Positions 1 to 8,802 of a stretch of 64,000 nucleotides of DNA are shown here, one piece after another. The notes below the pieces were generated by a model, which worked only from the letters and a program-made list of their open reading frames with translations, was not told the origin of the DNA and searched no databases. Each line of letters begins with the position of its first letter. The first letter of the stretch is position 1. Both the position numbers and the translations under genes were made by a program. Source of the stretch: an uncultured Nitrospiraceae bacterium (GTDB taxonomy: Bacteria > Nitrospirota > Nitrospiria > Nitrospirales > Nitrospiraceae); contig CAVSTP010000001.1 in assembly GCA_963730935.1 (NCBI GenBank), positions 135,646-199,645 on the forward strand. Reading direction: 5' to 3'.

Positions 1-833
1 GTCGCCAACTCCAGTAAGGCGCTCGCCTTGGCGTGCCCTGGTTTGATCGCCGAGGCTGTCACCTGAGCATCGATGAGGCGACCTTGTCCCATCTGCGCCT
101 GCATGACGCCCCATAAGGCGTAACGTTGAGCTCCATCATCGAGGCCGGCAATGATGCCCTGGGCCGCTTGGGCCTTGCCATGTCGTACGTGATCCCCGAC
201 GATAGTCATCAAGGGGTACGGATTGTCTCCGGCGATGCTCAGGGCGGTTTTTACAGCTCCTGGTACATCGCCGTGCCTCGCTTGCGCTTCAGCCAACTTC
301 GCGGTGACGATGCCCACGATGGCAAAGGACTCCTGCTTTGTGCGCTCCTTGAGGCGTTCAAGAGTGCGGAAGGCTTCTTCGAGATTGCCTTTGTTCGCAT
401 AGGCAATGGAGACTTGTCCCAATGCGTTGGCCGCAGCAAGTTTGCCAGGCGGTGAAGACTGGTCTTCGACGACGATTTCGGCATATGTCCGTTCCGTTTC
501 AGCGACGTTTCCAGTTGCGGCATAGGCTTGGGCGAGCGCGGTGAAGTAGTTGAGCTTGTTCGGGAGTTTGGGAAAGTGCTTCAGCGTTTCTCGGGCTTCT
601 GGTGGGTCAATGGCGATCTGTGCGACGACAATGGGATCGAGCGCCGACGAGCGCTCAGCGCGATCGTCGATGGATGCGGCGGCGCCTCTGGCTTCGAAAA
701 GAAGTGCTGTCGGCGATTCGGACTTGAGCGTATGGGCCGCGCGCGAAGATCCATCGGGAGCAAGAAGACCGAAGCACACAATAACGAACGAGCACAACGG
801 GGCATGACGGGTTGGCCGTGACAGGCCTGTCAC
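1..833 (-). CDS. Secreted alpha-helical repeat (TPR-like) protein, 3' end outside window
   Basis: Manual translation, absent from the ORF track because it has no stop in the window. GTG at 833 overlaps the upstream TGA (GTGA coupling). Signal-like N-terminus (LCSFVIVCFGLLA), helical repeats (ALAQAYAATG; ALGQVSIAYANKGNLEEAF), open to base 1. Confidence 0.65.
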   Translation of the reverse strand, partial: MTGLSRPTRHAPLCSFVIVCFGLLAPDGSSRAAHTLKSESPTALLFEARGAAASIDDRAERSSALDPIVVAQIAIDPPEARETLKHFPKLPNKLNYFTALAQAYAATGNVAETERTYAEIVVEDQSSPPGKLAAANALGQVSIAYANKGNLEEAFRTLERLKERTKQESFAIVGIVTAKLAEAQARHGDVPGAVKTALSIAGDNPYPLMTIVGDHVRHGKAQAAQGIIAGLDDGAQRYALWGVMQAQMGQGRLIDAQVTASAIKPGHAKASALLELA

Positions 834-1234
834 CGCTTGGCTTCCGGCGGCGGCCAATTCATTTCGGTGTGGCGGCCGCAGTAATAGCACAACAACCGGT
901 AGCGCGCCTTGCGACGCGGGTTCGGCATGGAAATAAACGTGATCGGCGTATCGTCAAACGGGCAGGTCGGCTGGTCATGAAGCAGATGCACCTCGGCCAT
1001 CATCGTAATTGACGCGATATCCCAGGACGGCGAGGTCTGTTCGCTCCCGGCGATGTGTTCCTTGTTGTGGCAACGCTCGCACTCGGCCTCGTACGTTTTG
1101 ATACGCCCATGGTGCGGCGTCATGTCGGTCACGGTCATGGGACCGCCACAGCCGTCCTTGGTGCAGGTGAGGTGCTCGTGTTGCAACGCCTGCACGAATC
1201 GGCGATGCGTCTGCCGTTCCAGCTCCGATTTCAT
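830..1234 (-). CDS. Hypothetical protein with two zinc-ribbon-like repeats
   Basis: ATG 1234 with AGGAGA SD; Cys motifs CTKDGC/CERC and CPFDD/CYYC. Confidence 0.75.
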   Translation of the reverse strand: MKSELERQTHRRFVQALQHEHLTCTKDGCGGPMTVTDMTPHHGRIKTYEAECERCHNKEHIAGSEQTSPSWDIASITMMAEVHLLHDQPTCPFDDTPITFISMPNPRRKARYRLLCYYCGRHTEMNWPPPEAKR

Positions 1235-1295
1235 AGTACTTGTCTCCTGTGTTATCTGGGTTTGCCTTATCCCCACCACTCTCCTCAGGATCGGT

Positions 1296-1730
1296 AGCCA
1301 ATGTTGCTTCTACTGCGCACGTATTAATGACCCTTCCAAGCTCGCTTGTTTTCCCTACCATATGGATGTGGATGGTCGCGTCGCTGCGATGTGCGACGGA
1401 TGCATGAGCCTGTCGTTGTGGCATCATTCTCACCCGCCCAACCCCGGCCGCGCCAAGACGCGCCCTTTTCCCAGGCGGCGATGGCGAAGATCTACATGCT
1501 CCCTCCAAGCTCGCTCGTATCTCTTCGGGGCAGGGCCGGATTGATCTCCTACTGCGCTCCCTTCTCACCCTCCCATCCCTGCGCACACCAAGACGTGCGC
1601 TTTGCCCCTGGACGAGCTCCGCCAAACAGAACTTGTTCGACCCGGAGCCAATGTTATTGATCCTGGCGACGGGATAGAACCCTTCTAGTCGGTGCGCGTT
1701 CGGCGAACAAAGGAGATCAACCAGCCCGTA
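1296..1730. repeat. Composite intergenic repeat built from reshuffled modules
   Basis: TCCAAGCTCGCT at 1335 and 1504; CTACTGCGC at 1310 and 1549; TTCTCACCC(G/T)CCCA..CCAAGACG at 1427 and 1562; AGCCAATGTT at 1296 and 1646; inverted copy of the 1533-1550 module at 1711-1727. Confidence 0.7.
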
Positions 1731-1814
1731 CGCCGCTCGTCTTGCGGAGACCAAGCAACGACAGGGTCATGCGGTTTATCCGTCGCTGGAGCAGGACGCG
1801 ACCAACAGCATCCA

Positions 1815-2549
1815 CTATACCCCCCATGCGCCGCTGATTTGAATGTTGGCGCCGTTCACGTAGCGAGCTTCAGGACTCAACAGATAGCGCACGACGGCCA
1901 CAGTGTCTTCCACCGTTCCGATGTAGCCGGCAGGAATGCGCTTGGTCATGGCGGCCAGCTCGCCAGGCGGCGCACTGCCTGAATCGATGAATCCCGGGGA
2001 GATCGCATTGACCGTAATGCCGTGAGGGGCGAGCAATTTGGCCAGGGTCCGGGTGAGGATCAAGACGCCGGCTTTGGCGATGTAATGAGCCGTCACATCG
2101 GGTTGAGAGATCATCTGATCGGCATTGGCCATGCTGAAGGTGATGATCCGGCCCGACCGCCGCGCTTTCATTCCTGGCGCCGCGGCCTGAGCCAGGTAGA
2201 AAATCGGGTGCAGATTGCCATCGAACATCTCCTTCCACCCCGCCACCGTTTCATCAAATAGGTTCACGCGATGATACGGCCCGGCGCCGTTGACCAAGGC
2301 GTCGATCTGTCCCCATTCCTGTTCGACACGGGCGACCAACTGCTTGGCTGCGACCGGATCCGACACGTCACAGCGGATGGCCGATGCCTGGCCGCCCCGT
2401 TCGACGATGGCAGCGGCCGTGTCCTTGGCGTCGGCTTCACTGGTCCGGTAGCAGAAGGCGATCTTCCAGTGCTTCGCAGCGAGATCGAGCGCAATCCCGC
2501 GTCCGATGCCTTTTGCCCCTCCGGTGATCAGCGCGACGTTCGTGCTCAT
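1815..2549 (-). CDS. SDR family oxidoreductase (FabG/pteridine reductase-like)
   Basis: TGGAKGIG, NGAG, YxxxK (YIAK), NAISPG. Confidence 0.9.
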   Translation of the reverse strand: MSTNVALITGGAKGIGRGIALDLAAKHWKIAFCYRTSEADAKDTAAAIVERGGQASAIRCDVSDPVAAKQLVARVEQEWGQIDALVNGAGPYHRVNLFDETVAGWKEMFDGNLHPIFYLAQAAAPGMKARRSGRIITFSMANADQMISQPDVTAHYIAKAGVLILTRTLAKLLAPHGITVNAISPGFIDSGSAPPGELAAMTKRIPAGYIGTVEDTVAVVRYLLSPEARYVNGANIQISGAWGV

Positions 2550-3322
2550 GACTTCCTCTCTGTGCGTGAACGCAGTCGTTTGGCGAGCAGCTGCAACGCT
2601 CCTGCGGTTCTCGTGGAGAACGATTGTTCCTGTTTTGGTTTCCTGGCGTCAAGCTGGCTTGCGTCGATCAACATGTTCAAATCATCGATCGTGTCGACAT
2701 CGCGCCATTCAGGCAGGAAGCCGACGCTGAGGCCCAGCATCGCGGCTTTCTCCTTGGTGAGGGCCACCACACGATCAGTGGACCATGGGATATCGCGAAA
2801 AAGCGGCGGCGCAGCCTTCTTGAGCCCGATCAAGTAATAGCCGCCGTCGAGAGCGGGACCCAGGACGGCGTCGTATCGGTCCAACAGTTGAACAGCCTGG
2901 TGGTAGGTCTCGAGAGGCAGCGAGGGCACGTCAGTGCCGGCGATGACGACCCTGCCATAGCCGCGGGTAAAAAGCGTGTGAAACACTCCATCCATGCGGG
3001 CGCCCAAATCGTCGCCTTCCTGATCGAGCAACCGGACGGCCTGGCGTTCCTCCATGATCTTGAAAAAAGCCAACGTCGACGACGGCGCGCAGGCCAGATA
3101 GCGGTCGACCGGCAGACGGAATTTCGAAACCGCGGCCTTCGTGCGTTCCAACGTATCGAGGACAAAGCTCCCATGCACGGTCGCCGCTTCGTCGGGCGTC
3201 AGCGGAGGGCACAGACGCGTCTTGACCTGGCCTGGAATCGGCGCCTTGGCAAAGACGACGAGCGCCCCTTCCCGCTGCTGGATCGCCGCGTCGGCTGTAT
3301 CCTTTTTCGGGTGATGATCCAT
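2546..3322 (-). CDS. TIGR04282/DUF2064 glycosyltransferase-like (rSAM-associated transferase 1)
   Basis: FAKAPIPGQVKTRL, QEGDDLGARM, GTDVP, LGPALDGGYYLIG, DVDTIDDL; start uncertain (3322 or 3355). Confidence 0.88.
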   Translation of the reverse strand: MDHHPKKDTADAAIQQREGALVVFAKAPIPGQVKTRLCPPLTPDEAATVHGSFVLDTLERTKAAVSKFRLPVDRYLACAPSSTLAFFKIMEERQAVRLLDQEGDDLGARMDGVFHTLFTRGYGRVVIAGTDVPSLPLETYHQAVQLLDRYDAVLGPALDGGYYLIGLKKAAPPLFRDIPWSTDRVVALTKEKAAMLGLSVGFLPEWRDVDTIDDLNMLIDASQLDARKPKQEQSFSTRTAGALQLLAKRLRSRTERKS

Positions 3323-3371
3323 TTGCGCTTGCGGATCCCAGATCTCAAATCTCAAATTTCAGAACTCGGAT

Positions 3372-4073
3372 TTAACGCACCGCCGCATAAAACTGTGCGA
3401 GCCGGTGCGGACTGACGCCGATCCAATACAGGAAGCGCAAGCACCACATCAAGAGGATCGTGCGCAGGGGGCCCTGTTGCTCCCAGCGGCGGAAGGATGT
3501 GGTGACCTGTTCGCGGATCGCTGCAATCTCACCGGCCCGTTTGAGCCGGGTGGTGAAGTCGATGTCTTCCATGATCGGGATGTCGGAAAAGCCTCCCAGC
3601 CGCGAGAAGACCGCGCGACGGACAAAGATCGCTTGGTCGCCGGTCGAGATGCGGCTGATCCGCGACCGCACGTTCATCAATGTGCTGACCACCTTCCCCC
3701 ACGTCGACGGACGGTCGAAGCGGGTATCAAAGCGGCCGCCGAGGATGGCGGGATCGACCAACGCCTGTTCCATCAGGTGTTTTGCCGCCGCAGGCAGATG
3801 AGTATCCGCATGGAGGAACAGGAGTACGTCTGCGGTGCATGCGGCTGCCCCAACGTTCAGTTGCCTGGCACGGCCCGCTTCAGACGATAAGAGCCGAATG
3901 CACACCGATTTTCCGGTACGTGCGGCCGCGGATTCGACCAGCACCCTCGTGTCGTCTGTGCTGCCGCCATCGACGACAATGATGTCGTGAAAGCCGAGCC
4001 GGGCGGTGACGACGAGCGTCATGTCGATGACGCCGGCTTCGTTCAGCGTGGGAATGATCACCGTGAACGTCAC
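3372..4073 (-). CDS. TIGR04283 GT2 glycosyltransferase (rSAM-associated transferase 2)
   Basis: IIPTLNE, VDGGSTD, GRARQLN, FLHADT, GDQAIFV, IMED, TSFRRW. Confidence 0.9.
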   Translation of the reverse strand: MTFTVIIPTLNEAGVIDMTLVVTARLGFHDIIVVDGGSTDDTRVLVESAAARTGKSVCIRLLSSEAGRARQLNVGAAACTADVLLFLHADTHLPAAAKHLMEQALVDPAILGGRFDTRFDRPSTWGKVVSTLMNVRSRISRISTGDQAIFVRRAVFSRLGGFSDIPIMEDIDFTTRLKRAGEIAAIREQVTTSFRRWEQQGPLRTILLMWCLRFLYWIGVSPHRLAQFYAAVR

Positions 4074-4115
4074 GGGGAGGGGCGAAGCGCGCGGCGCTGC
4101 TGGCTGGTGAATACC

Positions 4116-4529
4116 TTACCCCGGCTTCTTCGGTTCGTTGAACATGAAGTACATGACGATCAACACCGTCGCCCAGAAGACCACCTGCTTATGCCAGAAC
4201 AAGACTTCGCCATAATGGAAAAATCCCAACGCCAGCCCGATGGCGCCTGTCATGACACCATAACGGACCGCAGGCGTCTCGATGGCGGCGTTGGCCCAGA
4301 CGGCAAGGCCGCCGAAATAGATCAGGAAAGGGACGACATTGATCTCGAAGCCGCCGCTGATCGAGAGAAACACGTTGAGAAACCCAATGAACATGAGCGC
4401 CGTGCCGACCATCAGCCCGATGACGCGCATCTGATGGTCGCTGCTCGAGTCCTGCCCCTCCGGCTGTGTGGATTTCGCAGGCGAGCGTTGGGAAGGATCC
4501 TGAGGTGGAGGAAGATCGGTCGGCGCCAT
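4116..4529 (-). CDS. Small 4-TM membrane protein
   Basis: Four hydrophobic segments, co-oriented with neighbours. Confidence 0.75.
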   Translation of the reverse strand: MAPTDLPPPQDPSQRSPAKSTQPEGQDSSSDHQMRVIGLMVGTALMFIGFLNVFLSISGGFEINVVPFLIYFGGLAVWANAAIETPAVRYGVMTGAIGLALGFFHYGEVLFWHKQVVFWATVLIVMYFMFNEPKKPG

Positions 4530-4593
4530 CGGTGCTACCAGGGGGTCAGTTGAGTCTTGTCTGTGGAGAAACCACTACTATGTGAACGATCTC

Positions 4594-5748
4594 TCAAGCC
4601 TTGAAATGCTTGCTGAGGGTCAGGGCCTGCTGTTGATAGGAAGAGCCGAGACCGACGCCATACAGCCGATCGGGTACGTCGAGCATCCTATCATAGACGA
4701 CCTTGAAAAAAGTTTGACCGTCGTGGATGAGGAACGGCACGTCATGAGGACGCACCTCGAGCACGACCTGGGTGCCTTTGAGCTCGCCATCCGCCCCATA
4801 GCCGAAGCCCGGATCGAAGAAGCCGGCGTAATGCGTGCGGAGTTCTCCGCAGGCCGCCTCGTAGGCCATCATTTCGGCGGCGTAGTCGGGTGGCACGCGG
4901 ATCCGTTCTTTGGAGGCGAGGATGTAAAATTCTTCCGGCTCGAGCAACAGGCTGTCCTGGCGATGCCGGTACAAGGGTTCCCAAAAATCGGCCGCGGCGT
5001 AATACCCGACCTTCGAGAGGTCGATCACGTGGCTGTTCTTCTTCGCGCGGTAGCCAATGACCGTATTCCCGGCGCGCTCTTCGCCTTTCAGATCGATGCG
5101 AAGGAAGAGTCCACGATCGGTGCGAAACTCCTTGGAGCGCAGCGGCTTGCGATCCGACAGGTTGTGATACAGGAGGGGCTCCTGGCGATGGAGGCGTTGC
5201 AGCGTCGCGTCCGAGGCTTCCGCCTCGCCCCGCACAAACCTGATCTGATTGAGCGACTGACCGGTTCTCACCTTGATGGCGAACGAGCGTGGCACAACTT
5301 CGAGAAACAACGGTCCTTTGTAGCCGGCCCGGATCTCATCGAACCCTGCGTTCAGATCCGTCACGATGCGGGTGAACACGTCCAATCGCCCCGTCGTGCT
5401 CTTGGGGTTGGCCCTCGCCCGAAGGGTCGACGGAAGACGCAGCGACTCCAGGAGCGGCACCAGATAGACGTGACCTTTCTCGAGAATCGCCCCCCCAGTC
5501 AAATCCATCTCGTACATCACGAGGTCGGACTGATAAAAGTCCATGACATCGAGGCGGCTGGAGATCGCCGAAAGCTCCGGTAAAAAACTGCTGATCAATC
5601 GATACGCTTTCTTTCCGAGCCGCAGGTCGAGGCTCGCCGGTTGGATCTGTCGGTCTTCAATCGCAAGGGGTGCCCTAATGATGCCGCTCGTGATGAGCCG
5701 TGTGATGTGTTGATAGGGGAGAATGCCTTGCCGGGTTGGTGTCGTCAC
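4594..5748 (-). CDS. dcd: Two-domain dCTP deaminase
   Basis: QIQPASLDLRLG, ANPKSTTGRLD, HYAGFFDPGFG, VLEVR; likely GTG start at 5748 overlapping the KamA stop. Confidence 0.88.
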   Translation of the reverse strand: MTTPTRQGILPYQHITRLITSGIIRAPLAIEDRQIQPASLDLRLGKKAYRLISSFLPELSAISSRLDVMDFYQSDLVMYEMDLTGGAILEKGHVYLVPLLESLRLPSTLRARANPKSTTGRLDVFTRIVTDLNAGFDEIRAGYKGPLFLEVVPRSFAIKVRTGQSLNQIRFVRGEAEASDATLQRLHRQEPLLYHNLSDRKPLRSKEFRTDRGLFLRIDLKGEERAGNTVIGYRAKKNSHVIDLSKVGYYAAADFWEPLYRHRQDSLLLEPEEFYILASKERIRVPPDYAAEMMAYEAACGELRTHYAGFFDPGFGYGADGELKGTQVVLEVRPHDVPFLIHDGQTFFKVVYDRMLDVPDRLYGVGLGSSYQQQALTLSKHFKA

Positions 5749-6947
5749 AGGTCGTCCGCATCTCCGCCGCAGCTGTTGCCCCATGAGGCGTAGCTGTCGC
5801 GGTCCGGATAGCTGTCCGCGCACGATGCATCATCGGCGTATGTTCGCGCACCGACCATCGGCAGTTCTCGCCGGTCCCGCCCGGTCTCGAAAGAGCCGTT
5901 CCCGGGTTTCGGCTGGGGATAATGGAAGGTCTTGTCCTCGTAGTTGCGCAAGACGGCTCCGTCTTCATCCATGTGCACCACGTAATCTCCTGGAAGCAGG
6001 GGAATCTTCCCGCCGCCTCCTGGCGCATCAATGACAAAATGCGGCACCGCCATCCCGCTCGTATGACCCTGCAGCGCTTTGACGATGTTCAGTCCCGTCT
6101 CGATGCTCGTGCGAAAGTGGTTGGTGCCCTTGGTCAGGTCCGCTTGATACAGATAGTACGGTTTCACGCGCGCCAGCAGGAGTTGGTGGACGAGCCGTTT
6201 CATGATGTCGGGATCGTCGTTGACGCCTTTGAGAAGCACCGTTTGTGCGCCCAACGGAATGCCGGCATCCGCCAACATGCCGCAGGCCGCCTTCACCTCC
6301 GGAGTCAGCTCGTCCGGATGGTTGAAATGCAGGTTCATATAAATCGGGTGGTATTTCTTGACGATGGCGCACAGCTTCGGAGTGATCCGTTCCGGCAGGG
6401 TACCCGGCACCCGTGAGCCCAGCCGGATCAATTCCAGGTGGGGGATGGTTCTCAACGCCTTCAAAATCCGCTCGAGGAGATGGTCCGGAAGGAGCAGAGG
6501 GTCCCCGCCCGAGAGAATCACATCACGAACCTCGCTATGTTCCCGTAGATAGGCGATGGCGCGGTCCAGTTCGCCCTTCTTGAGAAATCCTGGTTTGCCG
6601 ACCAGACGCTTTCGAGTGCAAAAGCGGCAATAGATCGGACATTGATTGGTGACCATAAGCAGGACGCGATCGGGGTACCTGTGAACCAAGTGAGGAACCG
6701 GGCTCATCAGATCTTCTTCGAGCGGGTCGTCGTCGGCATCGATATCCGCCAACTCGGCGGAATCCGGAATTACCTGCTTCCAGATCGCATCCCCCTTTTC
6801 CTTGATGGTGCCGAGCACCGTCGGAGTGATCCGCATCGGATAGGGACCGACGATGGCTTCAATCTCCTGTTCGTCCAGCCCAAAGCGGTCGGCCAGGTCC
6901 TTGGGCTTCACGATGCTCTCGGCGAGGATGCGTCTCCACTCCTCCAT
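5745..6947 (-). CDS. KamA family radical SAM aminomutase (lysine 2,3-aminomutase-like)
   Basis: HRYPDRVL, CPIYCRFC, LSGGDPLLL, PLP lysine motif DAPGGGGK. Confidence 0.93.
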   Translation of the reverse strand: MEEWRRILAESIVKPKDLADRFGLDEQEIEAIVGPYPMRITPTVLGTIKEKGDAIWKQVIPDSAELADIDADDDPLEEDLMSPVPHLVHRYPDRVLLMVTNQCPIYCRFCTRKRLVGKPGFLKKGELDRAIAYLREHSEVRDVILSGGDPLLLPDHLLERILKALRTIPHLELIRLGSRVPGTLPERITPKLCAIVKKYHPIYMNLHFNHPDELTPEVKAACGMLADAGIPLGAQTVLLKGVNDDPDIMKRLVHQLLLARVKPYYLYQADLTKGTNHFRTSIETGLNIVKALQGHTSGMAVPHFVIDAPGGGGKIPLLPGDYVVHMDEDGAVLRNYEDKTFHYPQPKPGNGSFETGRDRRELPMVGARTYADDASCADSYPDRDSYASWGNSCGGDADDL

Positions 6948-6991
6948 GGATGCTCCTTGATTGCGGTCACGGGTACCGCCCGTCCGACCGA

Positions 6992-7246
6992 TTACCCGTT
7001 CGCCGGACGACCGGCTTCCGCCTTGCTCTCCAAGTGGGCGAGAATGGCGTCCGTCTCGCTCAACACGACGTCGCCATCTTGGAGGACAGGGACGTAATAC
7101 TGCCCCGATACGGCAAACACTTCTTTGCGTTGCGGCCGAAGGTCCGGGACGACGACGTCCTTATACGACAGTCGCAGTTCGGCCAGTTTTCGGCGCACGA
7201 CCTCACATTCCGGGCACCAGTGAACATGATAGAGGGTCATCGACAT
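6992..7246 (-). CDS. Glutaredoxin / GST-N-like protein
   Basis: WCPEC motif, SGQYYVPVL, ETDAILAHL. Confidence 0.85.
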   Translation of the reverse strand: MSMTLYHVHWCPECEVVRRKLAELRLSYKDVVVPDLRPQRKEVFAVSGQYYVPVLQDGDVVLSETDAILAHLESKAEAGRPANG

Positions 7247-7252
7247 ACAGGG

Positions 7253-8743
7253 TCAGGAATGAGGAGTGATAGTGTCGATCGGTTCTTCCGCGACCCCACA
7301 GGGCACCATGACCGCATCTCTCATGCCATGGATGACCTTCTTGTCTGCAGGACAGACGGTGGCCAGAATACCAGCCAGTTCCGCTGTTTCGCCAGTCACA
7401 AAATAATAGGGCGACAGTCTTGCTCGTCCCGCCATCGTCCGGATCTCTCCGGTATGCGCATCGAAATAGTCGACCTGGTATTGCCGGCCTTTATGAAATT
7501 CCTGGAGGACATACGGAGTGCGTGGAAACGCCGCGAGTGCCGCTTCGATGGCGGCGGTCCATTCGTGTTGCGGGAGATCGTGGCCAACCGAGACCCCGCG
7601 GCTGCCCCAAGCCAGTTCGGAAAATCCGGACGGCTTGAGGACAAAATGCCTCTGCTTTTGTGTCGCGGCGGCAAGATCGCTCCAATTCGTCACCGCCCGG
7701 CCGCCGATCGAGAGACCCGGGATCACAGCGGAGGGCGGCACTGGCGCAGGATCCAACACCCAGGTCCGCGGCATGATGGTCGTTAAGTGCACAAACAGTT
7801 CCTCGCCCAACTCGGTCCGCCAATAGGGGGCCAGCACCGGGTGGTGGAGAAGCGCGAAAGCGGATTTCTCCTCCAGCGCCGGCTTATAAGGAGGTGTCAC
7901 CGAGACTAAGCCCTTTTTCGCCGCGTATTGAATCAACTCGCTCTTGGGGATGTTAGGTAGGTCGAAGAGCTCGTAGAACCGATAGATCAGGCCGATCGGG
8001 CGGTCACCCGCTTCAACGAGCCGCAACCCTTCTTCGGTGAATCGAACTTGCCGCGGCTCGATACAATGGGTTTCGAGCCCCCGGGCGGTCAATTCCTTGG
8101 CCATCCAGGTCATCTCCTGGCGGTAGTCCTTCGCCTCTTCAGACACCACGATCGCAACCAGCCCCTCAGGCTGAGCCGACTGAGACCGCAGCATCGCAGC
8201 GAACCCCTCGATCATGCCCTCAGGGCCGCCGACGAGTTGAGGAGGAGGAGGGGTGAACGGGGACGTGGAAGCAGAAGCGCGGGCATAGAGCTGGGACATG
8301 CAGGCGGTTAAGCCGATGCCCCCGGGGACAGAGTCCAGTTCGGTGATGACCATACCGTCCTGTGTTGGGATGATGTCCGGCCGGATGACTCTGGGCAGAT
8401 CGGCACGGAACCGCTTCATCCGGCTGTATGTCACCAAGGCCTCCGGTTTGCCTTGATCGAGCCATGACCCGACCCACGACGGCTGCGTGCCTCGCGCGCT
8501 CTCCAGATAGAGGTGGTTCAGCGCGCGGTAAAACCGTGCAAGTTGTGTCCCTAATTCCTGAAAAAACACCAGTTGGTCAGCCGAAAGCGGTAACGGATTC
8601 AGGCCGATGCGCCACGACGTGTGACCGGTTTCCTGGCGAGATTTCTCAACGGAGGATCCGTCAAGTTGAGGCGTGAAAAGTCCCGCCTCGATCAGTGCAT
8701 CACGGATGCTGGAATAGCGGTACAGCAGGTCGGAGGTAGCCAA
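7253..8743 (-). CDS. Circularly permuted ATP-grasp (glutathionylspermidine synthetase-like) ligase
   Basis: RPD..ITELDSVPGGIG, YRFYE, FVLKPSG..WGSRGVSVG, YVLQEF. Confidence 0.7.
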   Translation of the reverse strand: MATSDLLYRYSSIRDALIEAGLFTPQLDGSSVEKSRQETGHTSWRIGLNPLPLSADQLVFFQELGTQLARFYRALNHLYLESARGTQPSWVGSWLDQGKPEALVTYSRMKRFRADLPRVIRPDIIPTQDGMVITELDSVPGGIGLTACMSQLYARASASTSPFTPPPPQLVGGPEGMIEGFAAMLRSQSAQPEGLVAIVVSEEAKDYRQEMTWMAKELTARGLETHCIEPRQVRFTEEGLRLVEAGDRPIGLIYRFYELFDLPNIPKSELIQYAAKKGLVSVTPPYKPALEEKSAFALLHHPVLAPYWRTELGEELFVHLTTIMPRTWVLDPAPVPPSAVIPGLSIGGRAVTNWSDLAAATQKQRHFVLKPSGFSELAWGSRGVSVGHDLPQHEWTAAIEAALAAFPRTPYVLQEFHKGRQYQVDYFDAHTGEIRTMAGRARLSPYYFVTGETAELAGILATVCPADKKVIHGMRDAVMVPCGVAEEPIDTITPHS

Positions 8744-8802
8744 ATCAGACAGGGGATGCGTTCATACCAGGTACGTCAGATGAAAGAATCGTAACACGCC
8801 CC

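Noticed and set aside
975..1754. 259-aa minus-strand ORF and other ORFs across the intergenic repeat
   Set aside because: Arg/Pro-rich, no motifs, overlaps a real gene and repeat modules
3341..3368. Heptamer-like tandem (GATCTCA AATCTCA AATTTCA)
   Set aside because: Too short and degenerate to assign a function
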